Assembly: GCA_964601615.1 (NCBI GenBank)
Contig: CAZRNZ010000002.1
Span: 73,339-137,338, forward strand
Reading direction: 5' to 3'
Source of the DNA: an uncultured Candidatus Saccharibacteria bacterium
GTDB taxonomy: Bacteria > Patescibacteriota > Minisyncoccia > Phycocordibacterales > UBA918
Length of the DNA stretch: 64,000 bases
Shown here: in pieces, positions 54,389 through 64,000 of the stretch
Position numbering within the stretch: position 1 is the stretch's first letter
How the letters are laid out: every line of letters starts with the position of its first letter
The notes under the pieces: model-generated
What the model saw: only the letters and a program-made list of their open reading frames with translations
What the model was told of the DNA's origin: nothing
The model's database searches: none
Program-made: the position numbers and the translations under genes

Positions 54389-56137
54389 ATGCGTATTCAA
54401 GATTCACAACTAAAACGCTTTATTGCCGACTCAGGTTTGGTATCAAAAACTGACCTTGCCTTAGCAGAGCAGGCCGCAAAAAGGGAAGAAAGAACCCTTT
54501 CTGATTCTCTTTTATCGGGTGGTTATTTAAAGGAAGACGATTTGCGTCGCATTGAGTCATATATATTAGGAATACCTTTCGTGTCTTTGCGCGGACAAAA
54601 AATTCCTTTTGATGTCCTATCTCTAATTCCAGAGCCTGTTGCCAGAAATCACAATATTGTCTCATATAAAAGAAATGAAACTTCTTTGGAGGTGGCGATG
54701 CTTAATACAGCTGATTTAGCTTCAGTTGATTTTATTAAGAAAAAGACTGGTTTAAAAATACTACCTCGTTTAACTGACAATGACAGTATTAGAGAGGTAT
54801 TGTTACAGTATCAAAAAACCTTAAAAGATGAATTTGGGGAAATTATTGCAGGCGACGCAGCTTCTCTTAAATTGATTGATGGTGAAAATGAAGAGGTGAA
54901 CGAAGATGATTTGAAGAAAATGGCGGAAGATTTACCTGTTATCCGCATTGTGGACACACTTTTGCGACATGCAATCATTCAAGGTGCTTCTGACATTCAT
55001 ATTGAACCAATGGAAAATGAGCTTTTGGTTCGTTATCGTATTGATGGCATTTTACATGATGCTATGACTTTGCCAAAAATTTCTTCAGGCAGTATCGTGG
55101 CCCGTATTAAGGTTTTGTCTAACTTAAAACTTGATGAAAAACGCTTACCACAAGACGGTCGCTTTAAAATGGAAATGGACGGACAAAAGGTTTCTTTTCG
55201 TGTTTCAGTGTTACCAATTTTTTTTGGTGAGAAAGTAGTGATGCGTTTGTTGCGTGAAAATCGCAGTGGTTTTACTTTAGAGGGAATTGGTTTTCATGGT
55301 TCTTCGCTAGAGCGAGTTCATGGCGCAATGAAGCAAACAACAGGAATGATACTCGTGACCGGACCAACCGGTTCAGGTAAAACAACCACTCTTTATACTA
55401 TTCTTGATTTACTTAACACACCGGAAGTAAATATTTCTACCATTGAGGATCCGATTGAATACCAGATGCCTCGTATAAACCAAACGCAAGTTAAGCCTGA
55501 GATTGGTTTTACTTTTGCTAATGGACTTCGGTCATTGATGCGTCAAGACCCAGATATTATTATGGTGGGAGAAATTCGTGACCAAGAAACTTCTGGTTTG
55601 GCTATTAATGCGGCTCTAACTGGTCACTTGGTGTTGGCAACTGTGCATACTAATTCCGCTGCTGGAACAGTAGCTCGTTTAATGGAGATGGGTGCAGAGT
55701 CTTTTTTACTGGTTTCTACTTTACGAGTAGCTATCGGTCAACGATTGGTGCGAAGATTGAGTGGCGAGAAAGAAGCATATACACTTTCAACTGCTGAGAA
55801 AAAAGAGCTCGCTCGACATGTTGATTTAGATAAGATAATGGATACTTTGAAGGAGGAGGGGGTGGTTAAAAAAGATGCTACATGGTCTTCAATTCCGTTT
55901 TATCGTCCGAAGGAAGGGGTGATTGATGATGATGCCTATAAAGGGCGACTTGGTATTCATGAAGTTCTTACAGTATCTCCTTTAATAAAAGAGAAGGTAA
56001 TTGCCGGTGGTACGGCTGATGATATTGAAGAAATTGCTCGCAAGGAAGGCATGTTAACAATGTTGGAGGATGGAATTTATAAAGCAGCCCGTGGAGTAAC
56101 TTCCATTGAAGAAGTCTTGCGTGTCATTAATGAGTAA
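54389..56137 (+). CDS. pilB: Type IV pilus assembly ATPase PilB (GspE family)
   Basis: Walker A GPTGSGKTTTLY, Asp/His boxes, N-terminal GspE_N-like domain. Good SD sequence ggagggaaATG. Confidence 0.9.
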   Translation: MRIQDSQLKRFIADSGLVSKTDLALAEQAAKREERTLSDSLLSGGYLKEDDLRRIESYILGIPFVSLRGQKIPFDVLSLIPEPVARNHNIVSYKRNETSLEVAMLNTADLASVDFIKKKTGLKILPRLTDNDSIREVLLQYQKTLKDEFGEIIAGDAASLKLIDGENEEVNEDDLKKMAEDLPVIRIVDTLLRHAIIQGASDIHIEPMENELLVRYRIDGILHDAMTLPKISSGSIVARIKVLSNLKLDEKRLPQDGRFKMEMDGQKVSFRVSVLPIFFGEKVVMRLLRENRSGFTLEGIGFHGSSLERVHGAMKQTTGMILVTGPTGSGKTTTLYTILDLLNTPEVNISTIEDPIEYQMPRINQTQVKPEIGFTFANGLRSLMRQDPDIIMVGEIRDQETSGLAINAALTGHLVLATVHTNSAAGTVARLMEMGAESFLLVSTLRVAIGQRLVRRLSGEKEAYTLSTAEKKELARHVDLDKIMDTLKEEGVVKKDATWSSIPFYRPKEGVIDDDAYKGRLGIHEVLTVSPLIKEKVIAGGTADDIEEIARKEGMLTMLEDGIYKAARGVTSIEEVLRVINE

Positions 56138-57365
56138 TATGAAATTTACCTACACTGGTGTTACAAAAGAAGGTATTGATATCAAAGAAACTGTTGAGGC
56201 TTCAGATCGTTTTGCGGTCTATGAAATAGCGAGAGAGAATGGTGTGGTGGTAACTAAGGTGGATGAGGAAGGTAAATTTTCCTTAGATAAGTTTTTTAAT
56301 ATTGAAAAAATCAATGCTTTCTTAAGCCGTATTTCGGCTGATGAGTTAGTAATGATCACTAGAAACTTAAGTGGAATGTTGACGGCTGGACTACCACTTT
56401 CTAGGGCTTTGACGGTAATTGAAAGACAGAGTCGTAATCCAAAGACAAAAGTTGTTATTGCTGAGGTTCGAGAAGATATTCAAAAAGGAAATCAGTTTAG
56501 TCAGGCTCTGGAAAATCATTCTAGAGTTTTTGATGATTTATATATTGCCATGGTAAGAGCTGGAGAAGAGAGTGGAAAATTATCTGATGCTCTAAAATTG
56601 CTTTCGGTCCAGATGGAAAGATCTATGGCTCTCAAAAAGCGTATTAAGAGCGCGATGATTTACCCGACGATTGTATTTGTGATTATGGGTATTATTGGGA
56701 TTGTAATGATGATTTATGTAATGCCATCAATTACAGGTACTTTTAAAAAAATGGGAGTTGAGTTACCAGCTACTACACAATTACTTATCTCTGTTTCTGA
56801 TTTTATGGTAGCAAATACAGTAGTTTTTCTAGGAGGGGTATTTGCTACTATTGTTGGTTTTATTATTTTTCTTAGAACAAATATTGGAAAAACTATTTGG
56901 CACTGGCTGATTTTACACTTACCGGTAATTGGTACGATGGTAAAAGAAGTAAACTCTGCTCGTACAGCACGCACAATGTCCTCGCTTTTAACTTCAGGTG
57001 TTGATGTTATCCATGCAATTGATATTACAACTGACGTGGTTCAAAACGTTTATTACAAACCTATACTTAAAAAAGCACGCAAGGCTGTGGAAAAGGGTGA
57101 TGCACTTTCTAGTGTTTTTATCGCTAATGAAAAACTCTATCCAGTTTTTGTAGGTGAAATGATGATGGTGGGAGAAGAAACTGGACAGGTAGGTAAGATG
57201 ATGGAGGACTTGGCAACTTTTTATGAAAATGAAGTAGAGCGCAAGACTAAGGATCTATCAACAATTATTGAGCCGATGTTGATGGTGGTAATTGGTGGTG
57301 TGGTTGGTTTCTTTGCGCTAGCAATGATTGCCCCGATTTATTCTATTACTGATTCGATTGGTTAA
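56130..57365 (+). CDS. pilC: Type IV pilus platform protein PilC (GspF family)
   Basis: Two GspF repeats with 3-4 TM helices. Start ATG overlaps the pilB stop (atgagtaa). Confidence 0.88.
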   Translation: MSNMKFTYTGVTKEGIDIKETVEASDRFAVYEIARENGVVVTKVDEEGKFSLDKFFNIEKINAFLSRISADELVMITRNLSGMLTAGLPLSRALTVIERQSRNPKTKVVIAEVREDIQKGNQFSQALENHSRVFDDLYIAMVRAGEESGKLSDALKLLSVQMERSMALKKRIKSAMIYPTIVFVIMGIIGIVMMIYVMPSITGTFKKMGVELPATTQLLISVSDFMVANTVVFLGGVFATIVGFIIFLRTNIGKTIWHWLILHLPVIGTMVKEVNSARTARTMSSLLTSGVDVIHAIDITTDVVQNVYYKPILKKARKAVEKGDALSSVFIANEKLYPVFVGEMMMVGEETGQVGKMMEDLATFYENEVERKTKDLSTIIEPMLMVVIGGVVGFFALAMIAPIYSITDSIG

Positions 57366-57512
57366 AGTTATTTATTGATTTTCTCTGGTTTTAAAAGGAG
57401 TGATATTTTTCTCAATTTTGCCTAGCTATTGAATTAGATTTTATTTTGCTGTTTAATACTCGATAGGTAGATTTCTATTCTAGAAATCTTTGCTTCAAAG
57501 GGAGGTTTCCTA

Positions 57513-58178
57513 ATGTTGGTAAAGTTCTCTAACAATAACAGCGCTAGTCGTGGGTGGAGCATTTATTTTCTATTCTTAATTTCTTTGCTCATTTGTAGCT
57601 TTTCCTCGCTTACAATTAACACTTCCGCTTCTGAAAGTGTTCGCCTTGAGGGCGATGTCCTCGTCTTGGAAGAGGTGATAGAAAAAGCTCGGATTGAGAA
57701 TGTTCCTTTTGGTCTTAGTGCTGAACAGGCACGAGACTTGATATCTGGAAAAGTTTCAGAAATACAACTTAATGATGATAATGATGTTCGTATCGGTTGG
57801 TTTGTCCCAATCGTTACTGAAGAGTATGCGGCTATTCGCAAGGTTGCCTATCAAGGTGATTGGCAAATAAATTCATATTTTGAGAAATTGGATCTCAATT
57901 GGAAGAATATATTAACGTTGAATTTATTTTTTTATGGACCAATTCTGCTATGGGTTTGTATTATCTTGATGTATCGTCGTATAACTCACTTGGTTGAGTT
58001 GGACGATCTCGGTTTGGGGTTTGCTGCCTTTGCTGTCGTGCCCTTTACGGCAGTGCACTTTTTCGTTTATTATTATTGTGGCGTTAAAGAATTTCTGACT
58101 TTGCTTATTATGGCTGCTTCAATTGTGATAGTAGCTTTTATTGTAAGGAAACAAAAAATAAGTGTTGTACATTCTTGA
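57513..58178 (+). CDS. Polytopic membrane protein in the pilus locus, function unknown
   Basis: N-terminal TM plus 3 C-terminal TM helices. Strong SD aagggaggTTTCCTAATG. No peptidase A24 motifs seen. Confidence 0.45.
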   Translation: MLVKFSNNNSASRGWSIYFLFLISLLICSFSSLTINTSASESVRLEGDVLVLEEVIEKARIENVPFGLSAEQARDLISGKVSEIQLNDDNDVRIGWFVPIVTEEYAAIRKVAYQGDWQINSYFEKLDLNWKNILTLNLFFYGPILLWVCIILMYRRITHLVELDDLGLGFAAFAVVPFTAVHFFVYYYCGVKEFLTLLIMAASIVIVAFIVRKQKISVVHS

Positions 58179-58187
58179 AAAGAACTT

Positions 58188-58213
58188 AAAGAACGGGTTT
58201 AAACCCGTTCTTT
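58188..58213 (+). terminator. Terminator
   Basis: aaagaacgggtttaaacccgttcttt. Confidence 0.6.
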
Positions 58214-58239
58214 TATTTTGCCTAGTGTAATATATACGT

Positions 58240-58707
58240 ATGCAAAAACTATTTACTAGCAAAGGATTTTCTTTAATGGAATTAATAGTGGTAATTGCCA
58301 TTGTTTTGATTTTGTTGGCAGTTTCAGTCTGGTCTTTGCAATTTATGCAGGAAAGAGTTTTGCTTAATACTTTGCAAAGTAGTTTGGTTTTTAACTTAGA
58401 AGAAGCCAAAGCCAAAGCGGTAGCTGGAAAGAATGGCTTGCCACATGGAATTTATTTTACTGAAAATAGCTATGTGCAATTTAGTGGTTACGAATATGAT
58501 CCAGAAGATGTAAACAATGTTGTACATGATATCGACAGTCGCTTATTATTGAGCACTGATATACTAGGAAATGAAGAGGTAATTATTTTTTCTCGTATTA
58601 CTGGGTCTGCCAGTGATGAGGCAATTATAGAAATATCTTCTCGGGCTAATCCAGAAAATAGAAAAGTGATTAAGATTGGTCAGGGAGGAGGAATTACCTC
58701 ACAATAG
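58240..58707 (+). CDS. Type IV pilin (prepilin-type N-terminal cleavage/methylation domain)
   Basis: MQKLFTSKG/FSLMELIVVIAIVLILLAV, a class III signal with Glu5. Confidence 0.75.
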   Translation: MQKLFTSKGFSLMELIVVIAIVLILLAVSVWSLQFMQERVLLNTLQSSLVFNLEEAKAKAVAGKNGLPHGIYFTENSYVQFSGYEYDPEDVNNVVHDIDSRLLLSTDILGNEEVIIFSRITGSASDEAIIEISSRANPENRKVIKIGQGGGITSQ

Positions 58708-58710
58708 TAA

Positions 58711-59193
58711 ATGAGAGTTTATCTTAAAAACCAAAATATAAGTCGCGCTTTCTCAATTGTAGAGGTGATTGTGGCGGCCGCAATTTTTACTATTACTCTA
58801 GCGGCATTCGTCGCTTCTTTTGAATTTTTTAATTCGATAGAGAACCAAACTGAAGAAAAGACTACGGCCGCGTTTTTGTTAGAAGAAACTAGCGAAGCTG
58901 TTGTTTTATTACGTGATTTTGCTTGGGAGAATATCAGTGAACTAAATCAAGGAGATTGGTATTATTTGAGTTGGAACGGTAGTGAATATGTTCTGTCAGA
59001 ATCTGATGAAGAAAATTCTCTTTACGCAAGAAGAGTAATGGTTTTCTCGGTTTATCGAGATAATTTAGGTAATTTGGCTGGAGCAGGAACTGAGGATTTA
59101 AATACTAAAAGAGTAGTTATTGAGATTTTGGGGAGAGATAGAAGTCAGATAATTAGTACTGCAGAAATGTTGGTCCATAATAATTATGAGTAA
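58711..59193 (+). CDS. Pilin-like protein (prepilin-type N-terminus, Ala at -1)
   Basis: NISRA/FSIVEVIVAAAIFTITLAAF with Glu5. Confidence 0.6.
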   Translation: MRVYLKNQNISRAFSIVEVIVAAAIFTITLAAFVASFEFFNSIENQTEEKTTAAFLLEETSEAVVLLRDFAWENISELNQGDWYYLSWNGSEYVLSESDEENSLYARRVMVFSVYRDNLGNLAGAGTEDLNTKRVVIEILGRDRSQIISTAEMLVHNNYE

Positions 59194-59698
59194 GTTTGCA
59201 CAGAAAAAAGGTTTCTCGTTAGTAGAGCTGTTGGTTTATTTAGCTAGCATGACAGTTATTTTGTTGGCACTTTCTTATGTGATGTTCAATGTTTATAATC
59301 TTTATCTTTCTCTGGTTTCTAATTCTCGTGCCGATAGAACAGCTAGTACTTTGATGCAGGTTTTATCTACAGAGATTCGTTCTGGTGCAACCATTGATCA
59401 ATCAAATAGTGTATTCAATGCCCCAATTGGACGACTTTCTATTAGTACTTACAGCAATATGAATCTGGTAGAAAAAGATTTCTATGTTGCAGATAATCGG
59501 ATTGTAATGGATGTTGATGGGACAAAAACAGAGATGACGCCAGAAGATATTGATGTTTCTAAGTTTTTGTTTAATCAAATTTTGACACCAGTTTCTTATG
59601 CTGTTCGTTATGAATTTGATTTAACCTATTCAGTTAGGGGAGAATTGGTCACAAAGACTTATCCTGGATTGGTAGTATTAAGACGTTCATATGATTAA
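59186..59698 (+). CDS. Type IV pilin or minor pilin
   Basis: MSKFAQKKG/FSLVELLVYLASMTVILLAL with Glu5. Confidence 0.75.
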   Translation: MSKFAQKKGFSLVELLVYLASMTVILLALSYVMFNVYNLYLSLVSNSRADRTASTLMQVLSTEIRSGATIDQSNSVFNAPIGRLSISTYSNMNLVEKDFYVADNRIVMDVDGTKTEMTPEDIDVSKFLFNQILTPVSYAVRYEFDLTYSVRGELVTKTYPGLVVLRRSYD

Positions 59699-61595
59699 GA
59701 ACTTCCTAAAAATAGCGACAAGCTTTGTTGTGGTTACAACCTCGTCACTTTATCGTATATCTAATACGCAGCAGTTCCTCGTTTGTCCACGCCTCGCTTC
59801 TCATCAATTTTTAGGAAGTTCTAGGTCAAACAAAGGGGGCTACGTGGTTATTTTAAATACACTTATCTTTGTAGCGGTTTCAACTATTGTTATTTATGCT
59901 TTATCTAATCCTCTAATCTCTGCCAATCGAGCGACAGCCGACATTCTAAATTCTAAGAGAGCTTTTGTGGCTGCTTCTAGTGTGGCTGATGAAGTACTTT
60001 ATAAAATGAAAAATCAACTCAGTGTACCAACCCAAGATGTAATAACACTTGGCGGAATTGATACTGCGGTTTCGGTGGCTACAAATTTTTCTGGCAGAGT
60101 GGTGCAGGTAGAGTCAGACAGTGAAGATGTTTCTAGGCGGCTTCGGGTGGCTGTGTCTGAGAGTCAGGGGGTGAGTTTTAATTATGGTATGCAAACTGGT
60201 CAGGGAGGGTTTGAGCTTTATGGCGGTGCACAAGTTCATGGAAATATTTATTCCAATGGAAATATTATTGGACACGGCGGTGCACAAGTTCATGGTTCTG
60301 TGACTGTAGCTAATGGTCAGGCACCTACACTTGAAGTGGTAAACTCAAGTTTGCAAAACGGAGAAGTATTATTTGGTGGTCAGTTAGTTCACAATGATCA
60401 GAAACCCGAAGATTTAGCCCAAAGTTTTCGTGTTTCCACTACAACCCCAATAACTAGTGTGAGAGTTTATATAAAGAAGTATGCTAATGTCTGGATGAAT
60501 GATATCGAAGTAAAGATAGTAAATGACAATGGTGGTCGTCCTGGAAATACTGTATTGGCATCTGGTTTAATTGGAAATAGTCACGTTACAACTTCGTATA
60601 ATTACATTACGGTACCTTTTTCCAATTCTGTTAATCTAAATCCAAATAACACTTATTGGTTAGTTTTTGATACTTCTAATACCTGGCATAGTTATTATGT
60701 AATAGCTACTAATCAAAATATTTATAATAATGGTATTGCTAGAACCGGTATTTTTGGAGGTAATTCTTGGAATGATTTAACCCCGAATAATAGAGACATA
60801 TTGTTTGATATCTATGTTGGCGGACAAACTGGACGTATTTCAGGAAATCAAAATAATCGTATAAATGTTCATGGTGACGCGTGGGCAAATGTGATTGAGG
60901 GAGCTAATGTGAGTGGGGTGATGTATTGTCAGGGCGGTTCTTATGCAAATAAGAGTTGTGATTCTTCAAGGCCTGACCCTGTACCGCAACCTTTTCCTGT
61001 GTCTGATGGAAATATCGAGGCTTGGAAACAGGAGGCTGAGGCAGGTGGAGTTTATAATGGAGATTTTGTAGCAGGAAATTATCCTACTCAGCATGTAACC
61101 TTAGGGGCAAGAAAAATAAATGGTAACCTGAGAGTAACCTCAGGCGGAAGTTTAACGATAGAAGGAACTGTTTGGGTGACTGGTAATGTAACTATTGATG
61201 GTGGAGCAATTTTGCGCACATCAAGTTCTTATGGAAGTAACAGTGGAGTGATTGTTGCTGATGGCAGAATTATCGCCACTGGTGGTGGGAAGATTGAAAA
61301 TAATAATGTTAACGGAAACTATATTTTAGCAATTACTACTAGTTCTTGCCCTGATGCGCCAGGTTGTAACAATAATCCAGCCATATTGGTTGATGGTGGT
61401 TCAGGATCAATTATTTTAAATGCTCAAAATGGGACATTGCGAGTAACTGGTGGTGCAAAAGCGAAACAACTTACTGCTAAAAAAATAATTATGGATGGTG
61501 GTACTGAGGTACGATATGAAACAGGTTTGATGGATTTAAATTTCAATACTGGCCCGTCTGGTTCTTGGAGTGTTAGTGAGTGGAGTGAAATTTAG
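59691..61595 (+). CDS. Large pilin-like protein lacking Glu5, with Gly-rich beta-helix repeats; candidate pilus tip or minor pilin adhesin
   Basis: Hydrophobic segment KGGYVVILNTLIFVAVSTIVIYAL after a long leader. Repeats GGAQVHGNIYSNGNIIGHGGAQVHGSVTVANG and VTGNVTIDGGAILRTSSSYGSNSGVIVADGRIIATGGG. True start uncertain. Confidence 0.5.
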   Translation: MIKNFLKIATSFVVVTTSSLYRISNTQQFLVCPRLASHQFLGSSRSNKGGYVVILNTLIFVAVSTIVIYALSNPLISANRATADILNSKRAFVAASSVADEVLYKMKNQLSVPTQDVITLGGIDTAVSVATNFSGRVVQVESDSEDVSRRLRVAVSESQGVSFNYGMQTGQGGFELYGGAQVHGNIYSNGNIIGHGGAQVHGSVTVANGQAPTLEVVNSSLQNGEVLFGGQLVHNDQKPEDLAQSFRVSTTTPITSVRVYIKKYANVWMNDIEVKIVNDNGGRPGNTVLASGLIGNSHVTTSYNYITVPFSNSVNLNPNNTYWLVFDTSNTWHSYYVIATNQNIYNNGIARTGIFGGNSWNDLTPNNRDILFDIYVGGQTGRISGNQNNRINVHGDAWANVIEGANVSGVMYCQGGSYANKSCDSSRPDPVPQPFPVSDGNIEAWKQEAEAGGVYNGDFVAGNYPTQHVTLGARKINGNLRVTSGGSLTIEGTVWVTGNVTIDGGAILRTSSSYGSNSGVIVADGRIIATGGGKIENNNVNGNYILAITTSSCPDAPGCNNNPAILVDGGSGSIILNAQNGTLRVTGGAKAKQLTAKKIIMDGGTEVRYETGLMDLNFNTGPSGSWSVSEWSEI

Positions 61596-61600
61596 AGGAA

Positions 61601-61629
61601 AAAGGAGGGCGCCGTAGGCGCCCTCCTTT
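61601..61629 (+). terminator. Terminator of the pilus operon
   Basis: aaaggagggcgccgtaggcgccctccttt. Confidence 0.7.
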
Positions 61630-61651
61630 TTCCTTGTGTTACAATTTACCT

Positions 61652-62434
61652 ATGCAAAAGAAGAAAAATCCTCTTTTGATTGCTAATTGGAAACAAAATC
61701 CAGCAACCTTAAAAAGAGCAGAAAAGATATTTGTTGATATTCAAAAAGGTTTATCTAATCGAAACGGACAGTCTCTTATTTCTGTTGCACCACCAAATAT
61801 ATTTTTAGCTGATTTAGCTCAGTTGTCAGGTTCACAAAAAATAGAATTTCTATCACAGGATGTTTCGGTTTTTTCTGATGGTGCCCATACGGGCGAAATT
61901 AGTGCCACTCAATTACGTTCCGTTGGTGTTAAGGCTTCTATAGTTGGCCATTCAGAAAGACGTTCAGAGGGAGAAACGAACGAAGAAGTGAATCAAAAAA
62001 TTCATAGACTTCATGAAATGAAATCTACTGCCATTGTTTGTGTTGGTGAAAAAACTCGTGATAACCTCGGCGATTACTTTTCCTTTATAGAAGAGCAAAT
62101 AAGACAGGCATTACAAAATGTTGATGCATCTAATTTAAAAAATATAGTGATTGCCTACGAACCAGTTTGGGCAATTGGTACTGGTGAGAATGCTACGCCA
62201 GAAAATGTGGAGGAAATGAAGTTGTTTATACAGAAAGTCCTTTCAGATTTATACGATAGAGAAAAAGCTGCTAAGGTTCGTATTATCTACGGTGGATCAG
62301 TTAATCCAGAGAATGCTGAACAATTACTAAAAATCGGTAATGTTGATGGATTTTTAATTGGTGGCGCAAGTTTAGAAGCAAAGAAGTTTGTATCAATAAT
62401 AAAAACCGCAGATAAGTATGCACAATTGGCTTAA
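61652..62434 (+). CDS. tpiA: Triosephosphate isomerase
   Basis: IANWKQN, GHSERR and AYEPVWAIGTG active-site motifs. The ORF-track start at 61634 is TTG inside the terminator; the first ATG at 61652 was used. Confidence 0.9.
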   Translation: MQKKKNPLLIANWKQNPATLKRAEKIFVDIQKGLSNRNGQSLISVAPPNIFLADLAQLSGSQKIEFLSQDVSVFSDGAHTGEISATQLRSVGVKASIVGHSERRSEGETNEEVNQKIHRLHEMKSTAIVCVGEKTRDNLGDYFSFIEEQIRQALQNVDASNLKNIVIAYEPVWAIGTGENATPENVEEMKLFIQKVLSDLYDREKAAKVRIIYGGSVNPENAEQLLKIGNVDGFLIGGASLEAKKFVSIIKTADKYAQLA

Positions 62435-63596
62435 AGGTTTGTTTGGCAAGAAAATTTTAGAGGGAGAAACATTGCCTTTAGTAGAAGATATTGTTTCTCT
62501 AAAAGGAAAGAATGTATTACTGCGTGCTTCATTAAATGTGCCGACAGAAAATGGCAAGGTAACTGATACTTTTCGTTTAGAAAAGATGTTGCCAACTATT
62601 GAGTATTTAAAAAAACAAGAAGCCAAGATTATTATCATAGGTCATATTGGACGCGCTGGAGATAGTTTAAAACCAGTACAAGAGGCTTTAAATGAAATGA
62701 CACAGGTGAGTTGGGGTGGGGTTTTGGGTGCGGGAAGCGAAGCTTCCCGCACTGTCTCTTCTCTTAAAAATGGCGAAATGGTGATGTTGGAAAACTTACG
62801 ACAAGACACCAGAGAGACTAATGGAGATGATGGGTTGGCTAAGGAGCTGGCTAGTCTGGCAGATATATATGTGAACGATGCTTTCTCTGATTCTCATAGA
62901 GAACATGCGTCAATAACTGGTGTTCCCAAATATCTACCATCTTATTTTGGTTTCAATTTCTGGCAAGAATATCAGGCTCTGAGCAAGGTGATGAACCCAA
63001 AATCCCCATCAGTTTTTATCTTAGGTGGAGCAAAATTTGATACAAAAATGCCCTTAGTAAAACGTTATGCTGATATTTATGACAAAGTAATAATCGGTGG
63101 CGCATTAGCAAATGATTTTTTTAAAGCCAAAGGATACGAAGTCGGTAAGTCTCTTATTTCAGATGTAGATTTAAGTAATGACGATATTTTACACAATCCA
63201 AAAATAGAGCTACCTCTTGATGTTGTGGTAGAGGGTCCAAAAGGAGTGCGAGAAGTTGGTCCCAGAGCTGTTTTGCCAGATGAAATAATTATGGACTTAG
63301 GTCCAACTACTTTGAAAGATTTAGAGGAAATTGTGCTTGAAGCAAAAACTATTCTCTGGAATGGTCCGTTGGGTAATTTTGAAAAAGGTTTCTCACTTGG
63401 TACCGAAATGTTGGCTCGTTCAATTTCAAAATCAGATGCATTTAGTGTGGTTGGCGGTGGAGACACTATTGCTTCTATTCGCTCACTCAATCTGGAAAAT
63501 AAATTTGGTTTTATGTCTACGGCTGGTGGGGCAATGCTGGTATTTCTCGAAACAGGTACTCTTCCGGCAATAGAAGCTGTTAAAAAACAACCTTAG
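62418..63596 (+). CDS. pgk: Phosphoglycerate kinase
   Basis: N-terminal KGKNVLLRASLNVP, hinge, and C-terminal nucleotide-binding GGGDT motifs. Overlaps the tpiA end by 17 nt. Confidence 0.92.
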   Translation: MHNWLKGLFGKKILEGETLPLVEDIVSLKGKNVLLRASLNVPTENGKVTDTFRLEKMLPTIEYLKKQEAKIIIIGHIGRAGDSLKPVQEALNEMTQVSWGGVLGAGSEASRTVSSLKNGEMVMLENLRQDTRETNGDDGLAKELASLADIYVNDAFSDSHREHASITGVPKYLPSYFGFNFWQEYQALSKVMNPKSPSVFILGGAKFDTKMPLVKRYADIYDKVIIGGALANDFFKAKGYEVGKSLISDVDLSNDDILHNPKIELPLDVVVEGPKGVREVGPRAVLPDEIIMDLGPTTLKDLEEIVLEAKTILWNGPLGNFEKGFSLGTEMLARSISKSDAFSVVGGGDTIASIRSLNLENKFGFMSTAGGAMLVFLETGTLPAIEAVKKQP

Positions 63597-63994
63597 AGGT
63601 TGTTTTTTATTTCATTAGCTAGTTTTGCTAATTCTTCATCCTCAGCTATACCTTGTGGTTTCATCGAAGCAGATAAATCTTTGTCACCTTCCGGTATTGG
63701 ATAAAGCTTAATGTGTGCGTGCGGCACTTCAAATCCTTCTATTACTAAACATGTACGAAAAGCATTGAAAGCTTTGTCTGAAGCTTTGGCGATTTTTTTA
63801 GCTACAGAAAAAATATGTGAATAGGTTTCGTCATCTAAGTCAAAAGCGTAATCAATTTCTTTTTTTGGAATTACTAGTGTTTGACCTTTAACACCAGGAA
63901 ACTTATCCATAATCACTATACAAATATCGTCCTCGTAGACAAATTCAGCTGGAATCTCACGGCGAATTATTTTAGAAAATATTGAGTCAGGCAT
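63593..63994 (-). CDS. HIT-family (histidine triad) hydrolase
   Basis: HIT motif VPHAHIKLYP (HxHxHxx). Confidence 0.85.
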   Translation of the reverse strand: MPDSIFSKIIRREIPAEFVYEDDICIVIMDKFPGVKGQTLVIPKKEIDYAFDLDDETYSHIFSVAKKIAKASDKAFNAFRTCLVIEGFEVPHAHIKLYPIPEGDKDLSASMKPQGIAEDEELAKLANEIKNNL

Positions 63995-64000
63995 AATTAA

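Noticed and set aside
57513-58178. Prepilin peptidase PilD assignment for the membrane protein after pilC
   Set aside because: Too few TM helices. The characteristic peptidase A24 Asp motifs and the N-terminal CxxC were not seen.
1-64000. Alternative genetic code (UGA recoding as in some CPR lineages)
   Set aside because: All conserved genes are intact with standard stops, and no in-frame TGA interruptions are needed to recover full-length homologs.

Overview
This 64-kb window is a low-GC (about 37% by eye), gene-dense bacterial chromosome segment that spans the replication-origin neighbourhood. The origin is marked by rpmH-rnpA-yidC lying divergent to dnaA-dnaN, with clusters of DnaA boxes and a candidate dciA-like gene. 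Housekeeping content includes ruvB/yebC/ruvC, tyrS, a class A PBP, a LysM/M23 peptidase, mltG, xth, cca, rsmA, pcrA/uvrD, comM, rpsO, cspA, hup, rny, clpP, tig, ppa, nusA, tpiA-pgk and four tRNAs. Together with small protein sizes, many anchored or secreted hypothetical proteins, and almost no biosynthesis genes, this fits a reduced-genome, Gram-positive-like lineage such as CPR/Patescibacteria (Saccharibacteria-like). That placement is inference only. Two envelope machineries are present. The first is an 11-gene co-directional minus-strand operon (11123-22207) encoding a type IV secretion-like apparatus. It has a VirB4-like ATPase with a VIDEAW Walker B whose N-domain appears split off. It also has a VirB6-like polytopic protein, VirB3-like and VirB2/TrbC-like candidates, and several secreted proteins. 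No relaxase, coupling protein or VirB11 is seen. The second is a type IV pilus cluster (54389-61595) with pilB, pilC, three prepilins and a 634-aa pilin-like beta-helix protein. An accessory hotspot lies between tRNA-Arg and tRNA-Pro (39.0-42.1 kb), with a related site at tRNA-Gly(UCC) (45.4 kb). It carries three copies of a ~100-nt tRNA-linked repeat and about eight copies of a 14-bp perfect palindrome GTTTCA(TA/CG)TGAAAC in and around a YraN-family endonuclease gene. It also carries a 23-bp perfect hairpin that swallows the 3-prime end of tRNA-Gly(GCC), and a two-copy hairpin repeat. Two ORF-free regions (34.3-34.7 kb and 36.1-37.0 kb) each end in a strong terminator; the first also has a consensus-like promoter. 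Both are candidate structured ncRNAs that I could not assign to a family by eye.
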